A DNA stretch of 63,920 nt, filler included, from Lama guanicoe (GCA_013239625.1; 80 parts of 79 records of this genome joined end to end with filler, not necessarily neighbours in it), one strand, 5' to 3'. Positions 26,915 through 39,493 are shown, counted from the first letter of the whole stretch. The notes: generated from the sequence alone by a model not told the origin. Numbers and translations are program-made.

Positions 26915-27769
26915 NNNNNNNNNNNNNNNNNNNNNNNNNNNNNNNNNNNNNNNNNNNNTTAATTAATTAANNNNNNNNNNNNNNNNNNNNNNNNNNNNNN
27001 NNNNNNNNNNNNNNCTTTATAAGTGGAAGGTGGAAGGCAGTGTTGATAGTAGAATTCTCAAGTGAATCATAAAGTAAGGGTCTTCTGTTTGCTGGGGGTA
27101 CCTGGTGTCACATTAGGGAGCTGTGAGCCTTCGGGACTTCAGTGAGTGGGTGTCTCACTGTGTATATTGTGTTGCTTCTTAGGCGTCCCAAGGACAGTTG
27201 GCTTATAGGTGACCCATTCACTAGTCTCTTTGGGGATTTTCTGCACTTGAGGCTAACATGGGTCACATGAGGGGGCAGGACCGGCCAGTCACAGCTTGGT
27301 CCACAGTCACCTAGTGCCCTCGCGGCTTTCATCCCATGGATGCGTCAACTCCCGCTCGAAGGGGACAAGGGCACAAGTGGTGGGGCAGCTTCTCAGTGGT
27401 GGAGGCATTGCTCTCCAGACCCAACACTCAACAGCATGGACCCCTGGTGTTGGCCACAGTCTTGGCTAGATGAGGCTGTTGGGTAGCTGAGGTCATGAGA
27501 CGTGGGTGCCATGCTTCCACTCTCACCAAGAGCTCTACTTTTGAAGGTTCTGGTCAGACAGCCACAAATACTCCCTAGCCCATTAACAAAAAACAGTCCC
27601 TTTCACTCAGGGAAGGGCAAACAGAAGGAGAACGGATCATCCCGAGAGCAGGAGAGGCCAAATCAGTCCNNNNNNNNNNNNNNNNNNNNNNNNNNNNNNN
27701 NNNNNNNNNNNNNTTAATTAATTAANNNNNNNNNNNNNNNNNNNNNNNNNNNNNNNNNNNNNNNNNNNN

Positions 27770-28688
27770 TCACCTATGTTTTCCTGCTTACCTCTCCCAT
27801 ATTTAGGGTTTTGATGTCTGCATTCTTCTTATTGATTCTTTGCCACTCATGCTCTTCTTGTATTTCCAATAATGGTTTCTTCTTTCCATTTCATCTAGCT
27901 GCATTTCTATTCAGGGTAGATTTCTCAACCATTCTTTTAGGATAAATTTTAAACTGCTGAATTCTTTTAAGAATTTCCAGTCTGTGAAATTCACTTGATC
28001 TGCAGTTATTATAAATGGCGGTCATGTGGCATAGGCTACCCTAGGTGGCAGCATTTGGCCATTCAGGTTATGGTCTGTGTCCTGACACTCCTCCCTCTCC
28101 TGCAATATTGCTGCCGAGATATCAGCTGAAACCTCTCTGGAGGTTCCCCTGTGAATATGTTGTATCCTCCAGGTGCAATTTAAATCACTGGGATATTCGT
28201 GAACTTTATTGATTTCAATCATACAGCTGCTGGTATGTCTATTGGGATTCCACCTCCTTTGGATGCAGTGAAATTCCTGAATTCGCATAGATGATACTTT
28301 CTTGGCTTTCAGCAAGTTTCAGTCTGATTTTTCTACAGATAAATTTTCAGACATTTTTTGTTTCTTTATCTCTTGCTTTTCCATCTGGGACTCTTATGAA
28401 TTCTAGTCTTTCATGCCCTGTCTTAACCCATGGTTCTACAGCAATGTTTACATTGGTTTGCACTTGCTTTCCTATGTCTGCTTCTGACCGAGGTTTTTCT
28501 GTTCCCCTGTCTTCACAGTCATTCACGCGTCCCTCTGCATTATCTAGTCTGCTTTCGACTAAATTTAAGCCCTGATATTATCACATCCATTGAGTTTCCT
28601 GATATTTTTTGGCTCGTCTTTAGAGTTTCTCTTCCCCTTTTCCGGTATTCTGCCTTATGTGATTCTGAGACACTGTTGTTTTTCAGTG
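27770..28688 (-). mobile_element. Degenerate LINE-1 ORF1 fragment
   Basis: Minus peptide IQEFHCIQRRWNPNRHTS...ADISAAILQEREEC resembles ORF1p RRM/CTD. Confidence 0.7.
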
Positions 28689-29379
28689 NNNNNNNNNNNN
28701 NNNNNNNNNNNNNNNNNNNNNNNNNNNNNNNNTTAATTAATTAANNNNNNNNNNNNNNNNNNNNNNNNNNNNNNNNNNNNNNNNNNNNCTTAGTCATGGG
28801 GCCTTGGTTGCAGACACCAAATCTGCTCTTCCCTCAGCTCATCCTCTTTGAGTGTTTTATTACACCAAACTTCACCTTTTCACATGCATTCTGTAGTACT
28901 GTTTTGTGTTGTATTTTTTTATTGAGATTTGAATGTTTTAATGACTGTAGATGTAAGGGGAAAGACTAAAATAGTTTAAACATGTCACTTTTAAAAGCAT
29001 ATACTTTTTCAATTAAAAGCTTATATTCTACTAAGGACATTATAAGAACACAAAAGAAAGTGAACAATACACCTCCCTTAATGTCATACTACTGCAAAAT
29101 AATTTGATTTTCCTGGGTTATTTTCTTCAAATTTTTCCCACCTACATGCACATTTTACTAAAATATATCCATATAATCTCTTTAAAATCAATGAAATTAT
29201 TAAAATATTTCTCTGTGCTCTAAATATAGCCTTGTTGTTTCTCTAATTTATTACTAGTAGCTTTCACGTTTCTGTCTTCTCCATCTTTTTTCCCTTTCTC
29301 CACAGGAAACCACTACTTGGTACACTACACATATATATGTGATTCTGTTTCTGTTTTTTTATGATTATTTCTCTTATAT

Positions 29380-29783
29380 ATTTATTTTCCTCATTTAAGT
29401 GACAATGTAGAGTGTTTTTCTCTGTATGACTTATTTTCCTATGTGCAACACTCTCTGGGTCCATTCACATTGTTCCAAATGGCAGAATTTTATTTTTTAA
29501 TTTACAATGACTAAGTATATGTTATGTTATCATATCTATATCTAACATCTACTTCAGCCAATCATCTGTTGATGTGCAGTTTATTTGTGCTTCTATCCTT
29601 GGCTACTATAAATGACGATGTTAAGAACTTTGGGGGTAATATATCCTTTAAGTTAATGTTTTCATTTTTTTCAGAGTTATACCAAAAAGAGGAATTGCTG
29701 CAACATATAATGATTCTATTTCTAGTTTTCTGAACACTGTCCACACTTTTATACTAGTGGATACATCAATTTATATTTCCACC
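29380..29783 (-). mobile_element. LINE-1 3' fragment
   Basis: ttttctctgtatgacttatt...ggtccattcacattgttccaaatggcag, antisense L1. Confidence 0.8.
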
Positions 29784-29883
29784 NNNNNNNNNNNNNNNNN
29801 NNNNNNNNNNNNNNNNNNNNNNNNNNNTTAATTAATTAANNNNNNNNNNNNNNNNNNNNNNNNNNNNNNNNNNNNNNNNNNNN

Positions 29884-31510
29884 AATATAGAAAACATAAT
29901 ACAGAATATAGAATTTAGAATATTGAATGTAGAACATAGTATATAGAATATAGTATACGGAATGCAGAATATAGAATGTAGAATATAGAATGAAGAACAC
30001 AGAATATAGAATAGAGAATAGAGAATATAGAACCCAGAATTTAGAACATGGAATGCAGAACACTGAATTTAGAATATAGAATACAAAATACTGAATATAG
30101 AATTTAGAATATAGAATGTAGAACGCAGAATAGAGAATATGGAATGCAGAATATAGAATACAGAATATAGAATATAAAACACACAATATAGAATATGGAA
30201 AACAGAATACACAACCCAGAATTTAGAGAGAATTTAGAACGTGGAATGCAGAACACACAATTTAGAATATTGAACACAGAATACTGAATAAAGAATTTAA
30301 AATATAGAAAGTTGACAACAGTATATAGAATATAGTATACGGAATGCAGAATATAGAATACAGAATACTAAAAATAATATTGAGGATATAAAATGCAGAA
30401 CACAGAATAAAAATAGAGTATACAGAACCCAGAAATTAAAACATGGAATCCAGAACAGAGAATTTAGAATATAGAATACTGTATACTGAATATTGAATTT
30501 AGAACATAAAATGCAGAACACAGAATAAAAATAGAGTATACAGAACCCAGAAATTAAAACATGGAATCCAGAAGAGAGAATTTAGAATATAGAATACAGA
30601 ATACTAAAAATAGGATTGAGGATNNNNNNNNNNNNNNNNNNNNNNNNNNNNNNNNNNNNNNNNNNNNTTAATTAATTAANNNNNNNNNNNNNNNNNNNNN
30701 NNNNNNNNNNNNNNNNNNNNNNNATTCCATGTTCTAAATTCTGGGTTCTATATTCTGTATTCTATATTCTTTGTTATATGTTCTACATTCTATATAACAA
30801 ATTCTATATTCAGTGTTCTGTTTTCTATATTCTAAATTCTGTGTTCTACATTCTGTTTCTAATTTCTATGTTTAGAATTCTGTATTCTATATTCTAAGCT
30901 CTGTGTTCTATATTCTATATTCTATATTCTATATTCTATATTCTATATTCTATATTCTATATTCTATATTCTATATTCTATATTCTATATTCTATATTCT
31001 ATATTCTATATTCTATATTCTATATTCTATATTCTATATTCTATATTCTATATTCTATATTCTATATTCTATATTCTGTGTTCTGCATTCCATGTTCTAA
31101 ATTCTGGGTTCAATATTCTCTATACTCTATTCTATATACTGTGTTCTTCATTCTATATTCTAAACTGTGTATTCAGTGTTCCGTATTCTATAGTCTAAAT
31201 TCTGAGTTCTGCATTGCATGTTGTAAATTCTGGCTTCTATATTCTGTATTCTATATTCAATATTCTGTGTTCTTCATTCTGTATTCTAAATTCTATATTC
31301 TGCATTNNNNNNNNNNNNNNNNNNNNNNNNNNNNNNNNNNNNNNNNNNNNNNNNNNNNNNNNNNNNNNNNNNNNNNNNNNNNNNNNNNNNNNNNNNNNNN
31401 NNNNNNNNNNNNNNNNNNNNNNNNNNNNNNNNNNNNNNNNNNNNATATTCCATATTCTGTTTTCTATATTCTATATTCTAAATTATATATTCTGCATTCG
31501 ATAATCTATA
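29884..31510. repeat. Two heptamer-satellite contigs (29884-30623, 30724-31510), including a perfect (TATATTC)n tract
   Basis: 7-bp periodicity; uninterrupted TATATTC repeats at about 30906-31077. Confidence 0.95.
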
Positions 31511-31610
31511 NNNNNNNNNNNNNNNNNNNNNNNNNNNNNNNNNNNNNNNNNNNNTTAATTAATTAANNNNNNNNNNNNNNNNNNNNNNNNNNNNNNNNNN
31601 NNNNNNNNNN

Positions 31611-31660
31611 GACGCTTCCTGGCTACAGTCTGTTGCTGGACCTGCAGGACTTCAGCAAAT
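31611..31660 (+). pseudogene. TRAPPC9: 3' part of TRAPPC9-derived internal exon (continuation of 32727-32910)
   Basis: First 20 nt identical to 32891-32910; encodes TLPGYSLLLDLQDFSK versus TRAPPC9 TLPGYSLSLDPKDFSR; GT at 31661. Confidence 0.88.
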
Positions 31661-31756
31661 GTGCTGGAACTAAAACATTGCTTCAGTCAAATTAACCATG
31701 CCTGGTTTGGGCCCTGCTGTCCTGTCTCATCAGGGTGAATTTTGATTCGTTTAGAA

Positions 31757-31952
31757 CAGGGCTCAGCAGACTTTTTCTGTCAAGGGCTTGGGAGTAAATA
31801 TTTCAGGGTCTGCAAACCTCCTTATCTCTGGTGCAGCTGCTCAGCTCTGCTGTTCAGACGCCAGAACAGCCGGACAGTCCACACACCCACAGAGCTTTAT
31901 TAACAGCAGTGGCTGGGGCTGGATAGGGTGTATGAACTGTAGTTTGTCCCCA
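31757..31952 (+). mobile_element. MER58A-like hAT-Charlie MITE
   Basis: cagggctcagcagactttttctgtcaagggc...agtaaatattt...ctttatt...gtagtttg matches the MER58A layout. Confidence 0.75.
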
Positions 31953-31984
31953 CAGCCTCCTCACTATTGACACCTGCACCAGAG

Positions 31985-32290
31985 CGTGCATTTGTGACAA
32001 TGGTTGAACTTACACTGACACGTCATCATCACCCAGAGCCCATACTTGACACTAGGATTTACACTTGGTGGTGTGCACTCTGTGGGTTTGGACAGATGTG
32101 CAATGACATGTATCCACCATCACAGCATCATACAGAGTCGTCTGTCTTAGTGACCTTAAAATGCTCCGTGCACTTAGTAATATTAAGGTTCCTCCATGTC
32201 TTTCCATGCCTTGATAACTCATTTCATTTAAGCACCAAATAATAGTCCATTTTCTGGCTGGACCACAGTTTATCCATTCGCATACTGAAG
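31985..32290 (-). mobile_element. L1MC-type 3' fragment
   Basis: catttgtgacaatggttgaacttacactgacacgtcatcatcacccagag...aatgacatgtatccaccat. Confidence 0.7.
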
Positions 32291-32726
32291 AAAAGAAGAG
32301 NNNNNNNNNNNNNNNNNNNNNNNNNNNNNNNNNNNNNNNNNNNNTTAATTAATTAANNNNNNNNNNNNNNNNNNNNNNNNNNNNNNNNNNNNNNNNNNNN
32401 TGTTCCTTTACTTTCCCTTCCTTTTCCTCTTTCCCTTCTCTGTGTCCCATGTTTAGGTAGCAGATTCCTCTATTTCAGGGAATACGGGCTTTTCTAGTAA
32501 AGGGACAGGTGGAATGCGGAGAGATGGGGCCCAGAGGGGGTCTGGAGTGTCTGCACAGCGCTGCTTCCCTTCATTTCTGCATCCTGTCTCATCAGTGCAT
32601 GAAGTCAGCCTTTCTCTTCCTTCCTGTGTCATTGGGTCTCTGTTTTAAGGGAAAACTATTTTTACGGGTCTTTTTTCACTTACGTGTTTCATTCAGATGC
32701 TTGTTGCTTTTCTCCCTGTGCTTCAG

Positions 32727-32910
32727 CATTCCAAGGAGAGAATTCAGCCATGCAGCATCCTCTCCGAGCTCTATGAGTTGATCGGCTTCCACTGCAAGTC
32801 CACCTTCTTCAAGCGGGTGGCCCCCGTGTGGCACACGTCCCCCAGCATCCCAGAGCCTGGTGGGAAGGCCTGCTCCCGCCTCCTCCTGCAGACGCTTCCT
32901 GGCTACAGTC
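32727..32910 (+). pseudogene. TRAPPC9: TRAPPC9-derived internal exon, intron-flanked, diverged
   Basis: Polypyrimidine tract + CAG acceptor (32724-32726); encodes [61 protein letters not shown] versus recalled TRAPPC9 [62 protein letters not shown]. Confidence 0.9.
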
Positions 32911-33171
32911 NNNNNNNNNNNNNNNNNNNNNNNNNNNNNNNNNNNNNNNNNNNNTTAATTAATTAANNNNNNNNNNNNNNNNNNNNNNNNNNNNNNNNNN
33001 NNNNNNNNNNATCAAAATGAAGTTATGCTAATAGAAATATTATGGGTTGTTCATCACAAAAATTCAACACCAGCAATTGGAGATATACCAGACGACACAC
33101 ACAGGAACAGAATAAGGCATCAATGTCTAGGAGAAGTTGTCCTCACAGAAATCCTATGGAATTGCGTAGAG

Positions 33172-33321
33172 CCAAGGGTCTAAAATTTTCACTTAACAAT
33201 GCCCAAGAACTCTATCCTAGATACCTGATATTACCTGACCAGTAGACCAAGGGTCTAAAATTTTCACTTAACAATGCCCAAGAACTCTATCCTAGATACC
33301 TGATATTACCTGACCAGTAGA
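33172..33321 (+). repeat. Exact 75-bp tandem duplication
   Basis: ccaagggtctaaaa...tgaccagtaga at 33172-33246 and 33247-33321. Confidence 0.95.
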
Positions 33322-33563
33322 GTTGAAGAAGTAAAGTAGAAGAAACAGGAAGTACCATTTTCAGTTCCAAAGGTATTGAAAGCCCAAAAGATAAGCTTTC
33401 AAACTACTAGACTTCAAAACGCTATCCAGACCAATTGTTGAAAATGGAGGTCAGGAAAACACTNNNNNNNNNNNNNNNNNNNNNNNNNNNNNNNNNNNNN
33501 NNNNNNNTTAATTAATTAANNNNNNNNNNNNNNNNNNNNNNNNNNNNNNNNNNNNNNNNNNNN

Positions 33564-33787
33564 AGTCAGAAGAAAGGCCACAGCTTTTCCACTTCGCTCC
33601 AAATGTTGCCTTTAAATCTCTTCCCTGAAAGCCGTCAGGGAGTTTCGGGTTTTTAAGCATGAGCTGCCCATTCTCCTTGGCTGCCACCCTGCAAATAAAT
33701 GGTGCACGTTCTTTCACCACAATCCCCTGTCAGTGGATTGGATTTGCTGCCCACTGGGTGAGGGAACTCGAGTTTGGTTTCATAACA
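33564..33787 (+). mobile_element. ERV1-type LTR 3' portion
   Basis: TATA-like tttaaat, AATAAA at 33694-33699, terminal taaca at 33787. Confidence 0.7.
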
Positions 33788-33890
33788 GAAGTATTCCTTT
33801 CTTAAGGTTTTAGCCTCTAGGGGGCACTGTAAGCTTTTCTTAAACCGAGGGCCTACCCTAGGGGATCTAGTTGAGAATAGTTGTTGAAAG

Positions 33891-34346
33891 TGTTAAAATG
33901 AAAGCCACAGAATCAAAATGGTGTCAGTTGTGCTAAAAGCCCATGATACCAAACCTAGACTTAACATCTCACCCAAATGCAGTGTCACCTTTCCCCAGAA
34001 ATGTAATCTTAATCAGTCGGTAGAAATTTTCCAGTTAACAGTAGAGACTTAGTATGTCCCATGGGTGTTCTCCATCCTCCAGAGGAAGAGGAGGCCATCT
34101 GCATGAGAAAACCTTCACCCTCCCGCAAAAGAAGGCCTAAAAACCATCCTTTCTTTTCTTTTTCTAACAGATCCCTTGCAGCATCCTGCTTTCTGTAAAA
34201 ACCTTCTACCTTGTAGCCCCCAGAGCACCCTTCCAGCTGCTGGATGGGATGGGAAGCTGCCCGATTAATCAATTGCCTAATAAATCAGTTACATCTTCAT
34301 ATTTACTCAGTTAAAAATCATATTTACTAAATTTTGATTTTCAACA
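33891..34346 (+). mobile_element. Complete solo LTR (ERV1 class) with 4-bp TSD
   Basis: TGTTAAAA...TTTTCAACA termini, AATAAA at 34279-34284, AAAG on both flanks (33887-33890, 34347-34350). Confidence 0.82.
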
Positions 34347-35067
34347 AAAGGCTTAGAAATTTTGAAGCACAATTGAGAGCTAGTAATAGTAAAGAGGGGA
34401 GAATATTGTGTGTTAGGAAAAACTNNNNNNNNNNNNNNNNNNNNNNNNNNNNNNNNNNNNNNNNNNNNTTAATTAATTAANNNNNNNNNNNNNNNNNNNN
34501 NNNNNNNNNNNNNNNNNNNNNNNNAGAGTATCAGCAATCAGAATAGACACTTGAAACCAAAAACATAGAGTTCAAGAATCTGACAAAATGTGGAGTGGTG
34601 AGAGAAAGATGAATCAAAGACCACTCCAAGCCTTTGTGTATTCAAGACCGGAAGAATGATTATCCCACTGAATAAGTGGAGATGCTGCAAGAAAAAAGAT
34701 TATGAAATCAGCTTTAGANNNNNNNNNNNNNNNNNNNNNNNNNNNNNNNNNNNNNNNNNNNNNNNNNNNNNNNNNNNNNNNNNNNNNNNNNNNNNNNNNN
34801 NNNNNNNNNNNNNNNNNNNNNNNNNNNNNNNNNNNNNNNNNNNNNNNNNNNNNNNNNNNNNNNNNNNNNNNNNNNNNNNNNNNNNNNNNNNNNNNNNNNN
34901 NNNNNNNNNNNNNNNNNNNNNNNNNNNNNNNNNNNNNNNNNNNNNNNNNNNNNNNNNNNNNNNNNNNNNNNNNNNNNNNNNNNNNNNNNNNNNNNNNNNN
35001 NNNNNNNNNNNNNNNNNNNNNNNNNNNNNNNNNNNNNNNNNNNNNNNNNNNNNNNNNNNNNNNNNNN

Positions 35068-35250
35068 AAGGCTTAATTTTCAGAATATATAAACAGCTCA
35101 TACAACTTAATAACAAAAAAACAAACAACTCAATCCTAAAATAGGCAGAAGACCTAAACAAGCATTTCTCCAATGAAGACACATTTGGCCAATAGGCACA
35201 AGAAAAAATGCTCGATATCACTAATAAACTGAGAAATTCAAATCAAAACT
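35068..35250 (+). mobile_element. LINE-1 ORF2 fragment
   Basis: GLIFRIYKQLIQLNNKKTNN; matches 11200-11390. Confidence 0.9.
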
Positions 35251-35859
35251 NNNNNNNNNNNNNNNNNNNNNNNNNNNNNNNNNNNNNNNNNNNNTTAATT
35301 AATTAANNNNNNNNNNNNNNNNNNNNNNNNNNNNNNNNNNNNNNNNNNNNAAGGGATTACACCAATGAAATGATTTTTCTCCTAACTGGTCACTAAATCT
35401 TAAACATAATTTAAAAAAATAATAATTTTCAGACATAGTCTCCTTATTTGTTGCTGAATGGGTTTTTTCCTTTTTAGTTTTTTTTCTTTTCTGTTAACGA
35501 TGTCAAGCATACAACAAAATAAGTATATTGTCCATTTTAATACTATTTTTTGAAAATACACATGTGAACAGCAAACTGTTTCCCTGCCATTGTCTGAGCT
35601 TAGGGGTCTGGGTACCTGATGAGGCCAAGGTGTAAAGCTCTACTCCTGAGCTTGTCTTGGATTTCAAAAGTGACGGTAGTGACAGCTGAGAGTCCGTGCA
35701 GAGAAGTTTCACAGATGTCTGCAGCTAACTGGTCTCCACTGTGTGTTTCTTCGTTGAGCNNNNNNNNNNNNNNNNNNNNNNNNNNNNNNNNNNNNNNNNN
35801 NNNTTAATTAATTAANNNNNNNNNNNNNNNNNNNNNNNNNNNNNNNNNNNNNNNNNNNN

Positions 35860-36411
35860 CTATATTCTAAATTCTGTGTTCTGCATTCCATGTTCTCAAT
35901 TCTGTGTTTTGTATTCTGTTTTCCATATTCTACATTCTTTGTTCTACATTCTATATTCTGCATTCCGTATAGTATATTGTATATTCTGAGTTCTAAATTC
36001 TATATTCTAAATTCTATATTCAGTATTCTAAACCCTGTGTTCTGCATTCCATGTTCTAAATTCTCGGTTCTGTATTCTGTTTTCCATATTCTATATTCTG
36101 TGTTCTACATTCTATATTCTGTATTCTATATTTTGCATTCCATATTCTATAGNNNNNNNNNNNNNNNNNNNNNNNNNNNNNNNNNNNNNNNNNNNNNNNN
36201 NNNNNNNNNNNNNNNNNNNNNNNNNNNNNNNNNNNNNNNNNNNNNNNNNNNNNNNNNNNNNNNNNNNNNNNNNNNNNNNNNNNNNNNNNNNNNNNNNNNN
36301 NNNNNNNNNNNNNNNTATTCTGCTTTCCGTATTCTATATTCTTTATTCTGTTTCCTACATTGTATATTCTAAAGTCTATATTCAGTATTCTTTATTCTAT
36401 ATTCTAAATTC
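35860..36411 (-). repeat. Degenerate heptamer satellite
   Basis: TATTCTA periodicity. Confidence 0.95.
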
Positions 36412-36511
36412 NNNNNNNNNNNNNNNNNNNNNNNNNNNNNNNNNNNNNNNNNNNNTTAATTAATTAANNNNNNNNNNNNNNNNNNNNNNNNNNNNNNNNN
36501 NNNNNNNNNNN

Positions 36512-36721
36512 AGAACTCTTATGTTAATGATGTGAAACTATGTGGTTGAAACAACCTTTCTACCCAAGGGAATCTATGTTTAGTGTGATTCATGTCAAAA
36601 TACCTATGAGATTTTTCCATTATATAGAACAATTAATATCAAAATTTATATGTAACCACAAAGATCATGCATTACAAAAATAATCTTGAAAAAGAGTATT
36701 AAATGTAATGGTGGAAAGTTC
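36512..36721 (+). mobile_element. Degenerate LINE-1 ORF2 fragment
   Basis: ctacccaagggaatctat...aaaatttatatgtaaccacaaaga...aataatcttgaaaaag. Confidence 0.7.
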
Positions 36722-37544
36722 NNNNNNNNNNNNNNNNNNNNNNNNNNNNNNNNNNNNNNNNNNNNNNNNNNNNNNNNNNNNNNNNNNNNNNNNNNNNNNN
36801 NNNNNNNNNNNNNNNNNNNNNNNNNNNNNNNNNNNNNNNNNNNNNNNNNNNNNNNNNNNNNNNNNNNNNNNNNNNNNNNNNNNNNNNNNNNNNNNNNNNN
36901 NNNNNNNNNNNNNNNNNNNNNNNNNNNNNNNNNNNNNNNNNNNNNNNNNNNNNNNNNNNNNNNNNNNNNNNNNNNNNNNNNNNNNNNNNNNNNNNNNNNN
37001 NNNNNNNNNNNNNNNNNNNNNNNNNNNNNNNNNNNNNNNNNNNNNNNNNNNNNNNNNNNNNNNNNNNNNNNNNNNNNNNNNNNNNNNNNNNNNNNNNNNN
37101 NNNNNNNNNNNNNNNNTAATATTTATAGGACTAAATCCAAGTTAACTATAGTTTATAATACTTATAATATGCCATGAATTCAGGTTGCTAATGTTCATTT
37201 AGAATGGAATTTACACATGCTGAAGGAAAAATTTACATTATAGTTTGTTTTTATATTTATTTACTTAAAATTTTATCTCTCATTTTGAATTTGGCTTTTC
37301 CTTAATGGAATTTATTTTGTTTGAAATAAATACTATAACTTTTGGTAAAACTGGATTTACTACAGTTTACTGATACAGAACATAGCTATCATTTACAATA
37401 AGTGAACAAAACACTTGCCTAAAAATGCTGTATTATATAAACAATGCCTACTGTTTCAAGACTGAGAAACACATTGCTTCGTAAAATGCATTACCTGGTA
37501 TTTCCACACCAACCCACATATACTGTTATTTCTTTGTTTTCTGA

Positions 37545-37600
37545 TTGTTTGTTTGCCCCTTAATGGAGGCATTGCTTATTGAACCCAGGATCTTGTGCAT
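37545..37600 (-). mobile_element. Truncated Vic-1-type SINE (3' half)
   Basis: Reverse complement atgcacaagatcctgggttcaat...cctcc matches the SINE at 3378-3476. Confidence 0.6.
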
Positions 37601-37721
37601 AAGTGTATTTATCAACAGCAANNNNNNNNNNNNNNNNNNNNNNNNNNNNNNNNNNNNNNNNNNNNTTAATTAATTAANNNNNNNNNNNNNNNNNNNNNNN
37701 NNNNNNNNNNNNNNNNNNNNN

Positions 37722-38341
37722 AACGGTCGGCAGCGCATGGGTTCTAACGGAATGCCTAAGTTCCTCTGCCATGATAGTTTTCCTAATATCTCTCTGCCAG
37801 GGAATTTTAGCGGGGGTTTCAGGTATTCCCAGTTAGAGAGGCTGCCTCCCCAAGGTCAGGGAAGCTATTTCTGGGACTTCCCCGTAAAAGGGAACACCTG
37901 TGCCTGAAGAGAGCTGCGTGGAGNNNNNNNNNNNNNNNNNNNNNNNNNNNNNNNNNNNNNNNNNNNNNNNNNNNNNNNNNNNNNNNNNNNNNNNNNNNNN
38001 NNNNNNNNNNNNNNNNNNTAATGGAATGCCTTAGCTCGTCACCCATGGGGTTTTCCTAATGTCTCTGTGCCAGGGAACGCTAGGGGGGTTTACAGGAAAT
38101 CCCAGAGACAGAGGCTGCCTCCCTAAGTCCATGGAGGTTATTTCTCGGAATTCCCCAGGACCGGGAAGACCTGTGACTGAAGAGAGCTGCGTGGAGCTGT
38201 CTCTCGAGCTCCCCCACGCACTGATTATGGTTCCAGAATCCTGAGCGTGGGAAGGTAAGACCAACGGACGGCAGCGCGTGGGTTCTAACGGTATGCCAAA
38301 GCTCGTCTGCCCTGAGTGTTTTCCTAATTTCTCTCTGCCAG
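37722..38341 (-). repeat. 267-bp satellite
   Basis: cctgtgactgaagagagctgcgtggag...cagcgcgtgggttctaacgg. Confidence 0.94.
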
Positions 38342-38441
38342 NNNNNNNNNNNNNNNNNNNNNNNNNNNNNNNNNNNNNNNNNNNNTTAATTAATTAANNN
38401 NNNNNNNNNNNNNNNNNNNNNNNNNNNNNNNNNNNNNNNNN

Positions 38442-39493
38442 AAATATTAACTGATTATCACTAATGAAATTGAATAAGTAATTAAAAAAAGTCTCCCATG
38501 AAACAAAATTCCAGGCCTTGACAGTTTCACAGGTGATTTCTGCCAAACATATAGAGAAGAGCTATCACCTATACTTTTCAGAGAATTCCAAAAATTTGCA
38601 AAGGAAAGAAGGCTTCCTACCCCACCATTCTGTATAACACTATTATTAAAACAGGAACAAATATTTCATAAAATTACAGTTTAAATACAACTGAGAAGCA
38701 TACATGCAAAAATGATCAATAAATATTAGCAAAGCAAACAAAACATTAAAGGGATTATACAGTATGATTAAGTCCCTTTTATCCCAGGGATGCAAAAGTG
38801 ATTCATCACCCAGAAATTTATNNNNNNNNNNNNNNNNNNNNNNNNNNNNNNNNNNNNNNNNNNNNNNNNNNNNNNNNNNNNNNNNNNNNNNNNNNNNNNN
38901 NNNNNNNNNNNNNNNTATCTATTTATGATTATATTTCTCCTCAAAATGGATATGAGGAAACATACCTCAACACATTTAAGGTTGCATATGACAAGAACTC
39001 AGCTATCATGACACTCACTGATTAAAAGCTGAAAGCATCTGCTGTTAGAGCAGGAAGAAGTCAAGAATGTTCACACTTGCCACTGTTATTCAGTATATTA
39101 TTGGAAATTCTAGCCATAGCTATCCAAAATAAAAGTAAATAAAATATAGGTATTTCTGAAAAGGAGTACAAGAGTCTGCTTGCAGATGAAATACTTAAAC
39201 AGAAATCCTAAAAAGGCACCACAATGCTATGAGTGCTTTTCAATGCATTTGGTAAAATTTCAGAATGTAAAATTAACATACAGAAATCTTGCATTTCTAC
39301 ACACTAACAACAAGCTAACAGATACAGAAAGTGAGGGAACTGTCTCATTTACAGTTGCATTAGAAAAAAAAACTCAAGAAATGTGTACAACCAAGGAAGT
39401 TAAAAAACCTGTACTCAGAAAACTATAAAATATTTATAACAGAGATTGAAGATAATGAAAACAGATGAAAGGATATACTGTGCTCATAGATTA
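38442..39493 (+). mobile_element. Heavily decayed LINE-1 ORF2 (RT region)
   Basis: Colinear with L1 ORF2 (ttcacaggtgatttctgccaaaca, tttatcccagggatgcaa, tttgcagatga) with many stops. Confidence 0.88.

Noticed and set aside
35612..35759. Minus-strand open frames ending at a CAG|GTAC donor-like site
   Set aside because: No recognisable protein similarity; too short to support an exon call
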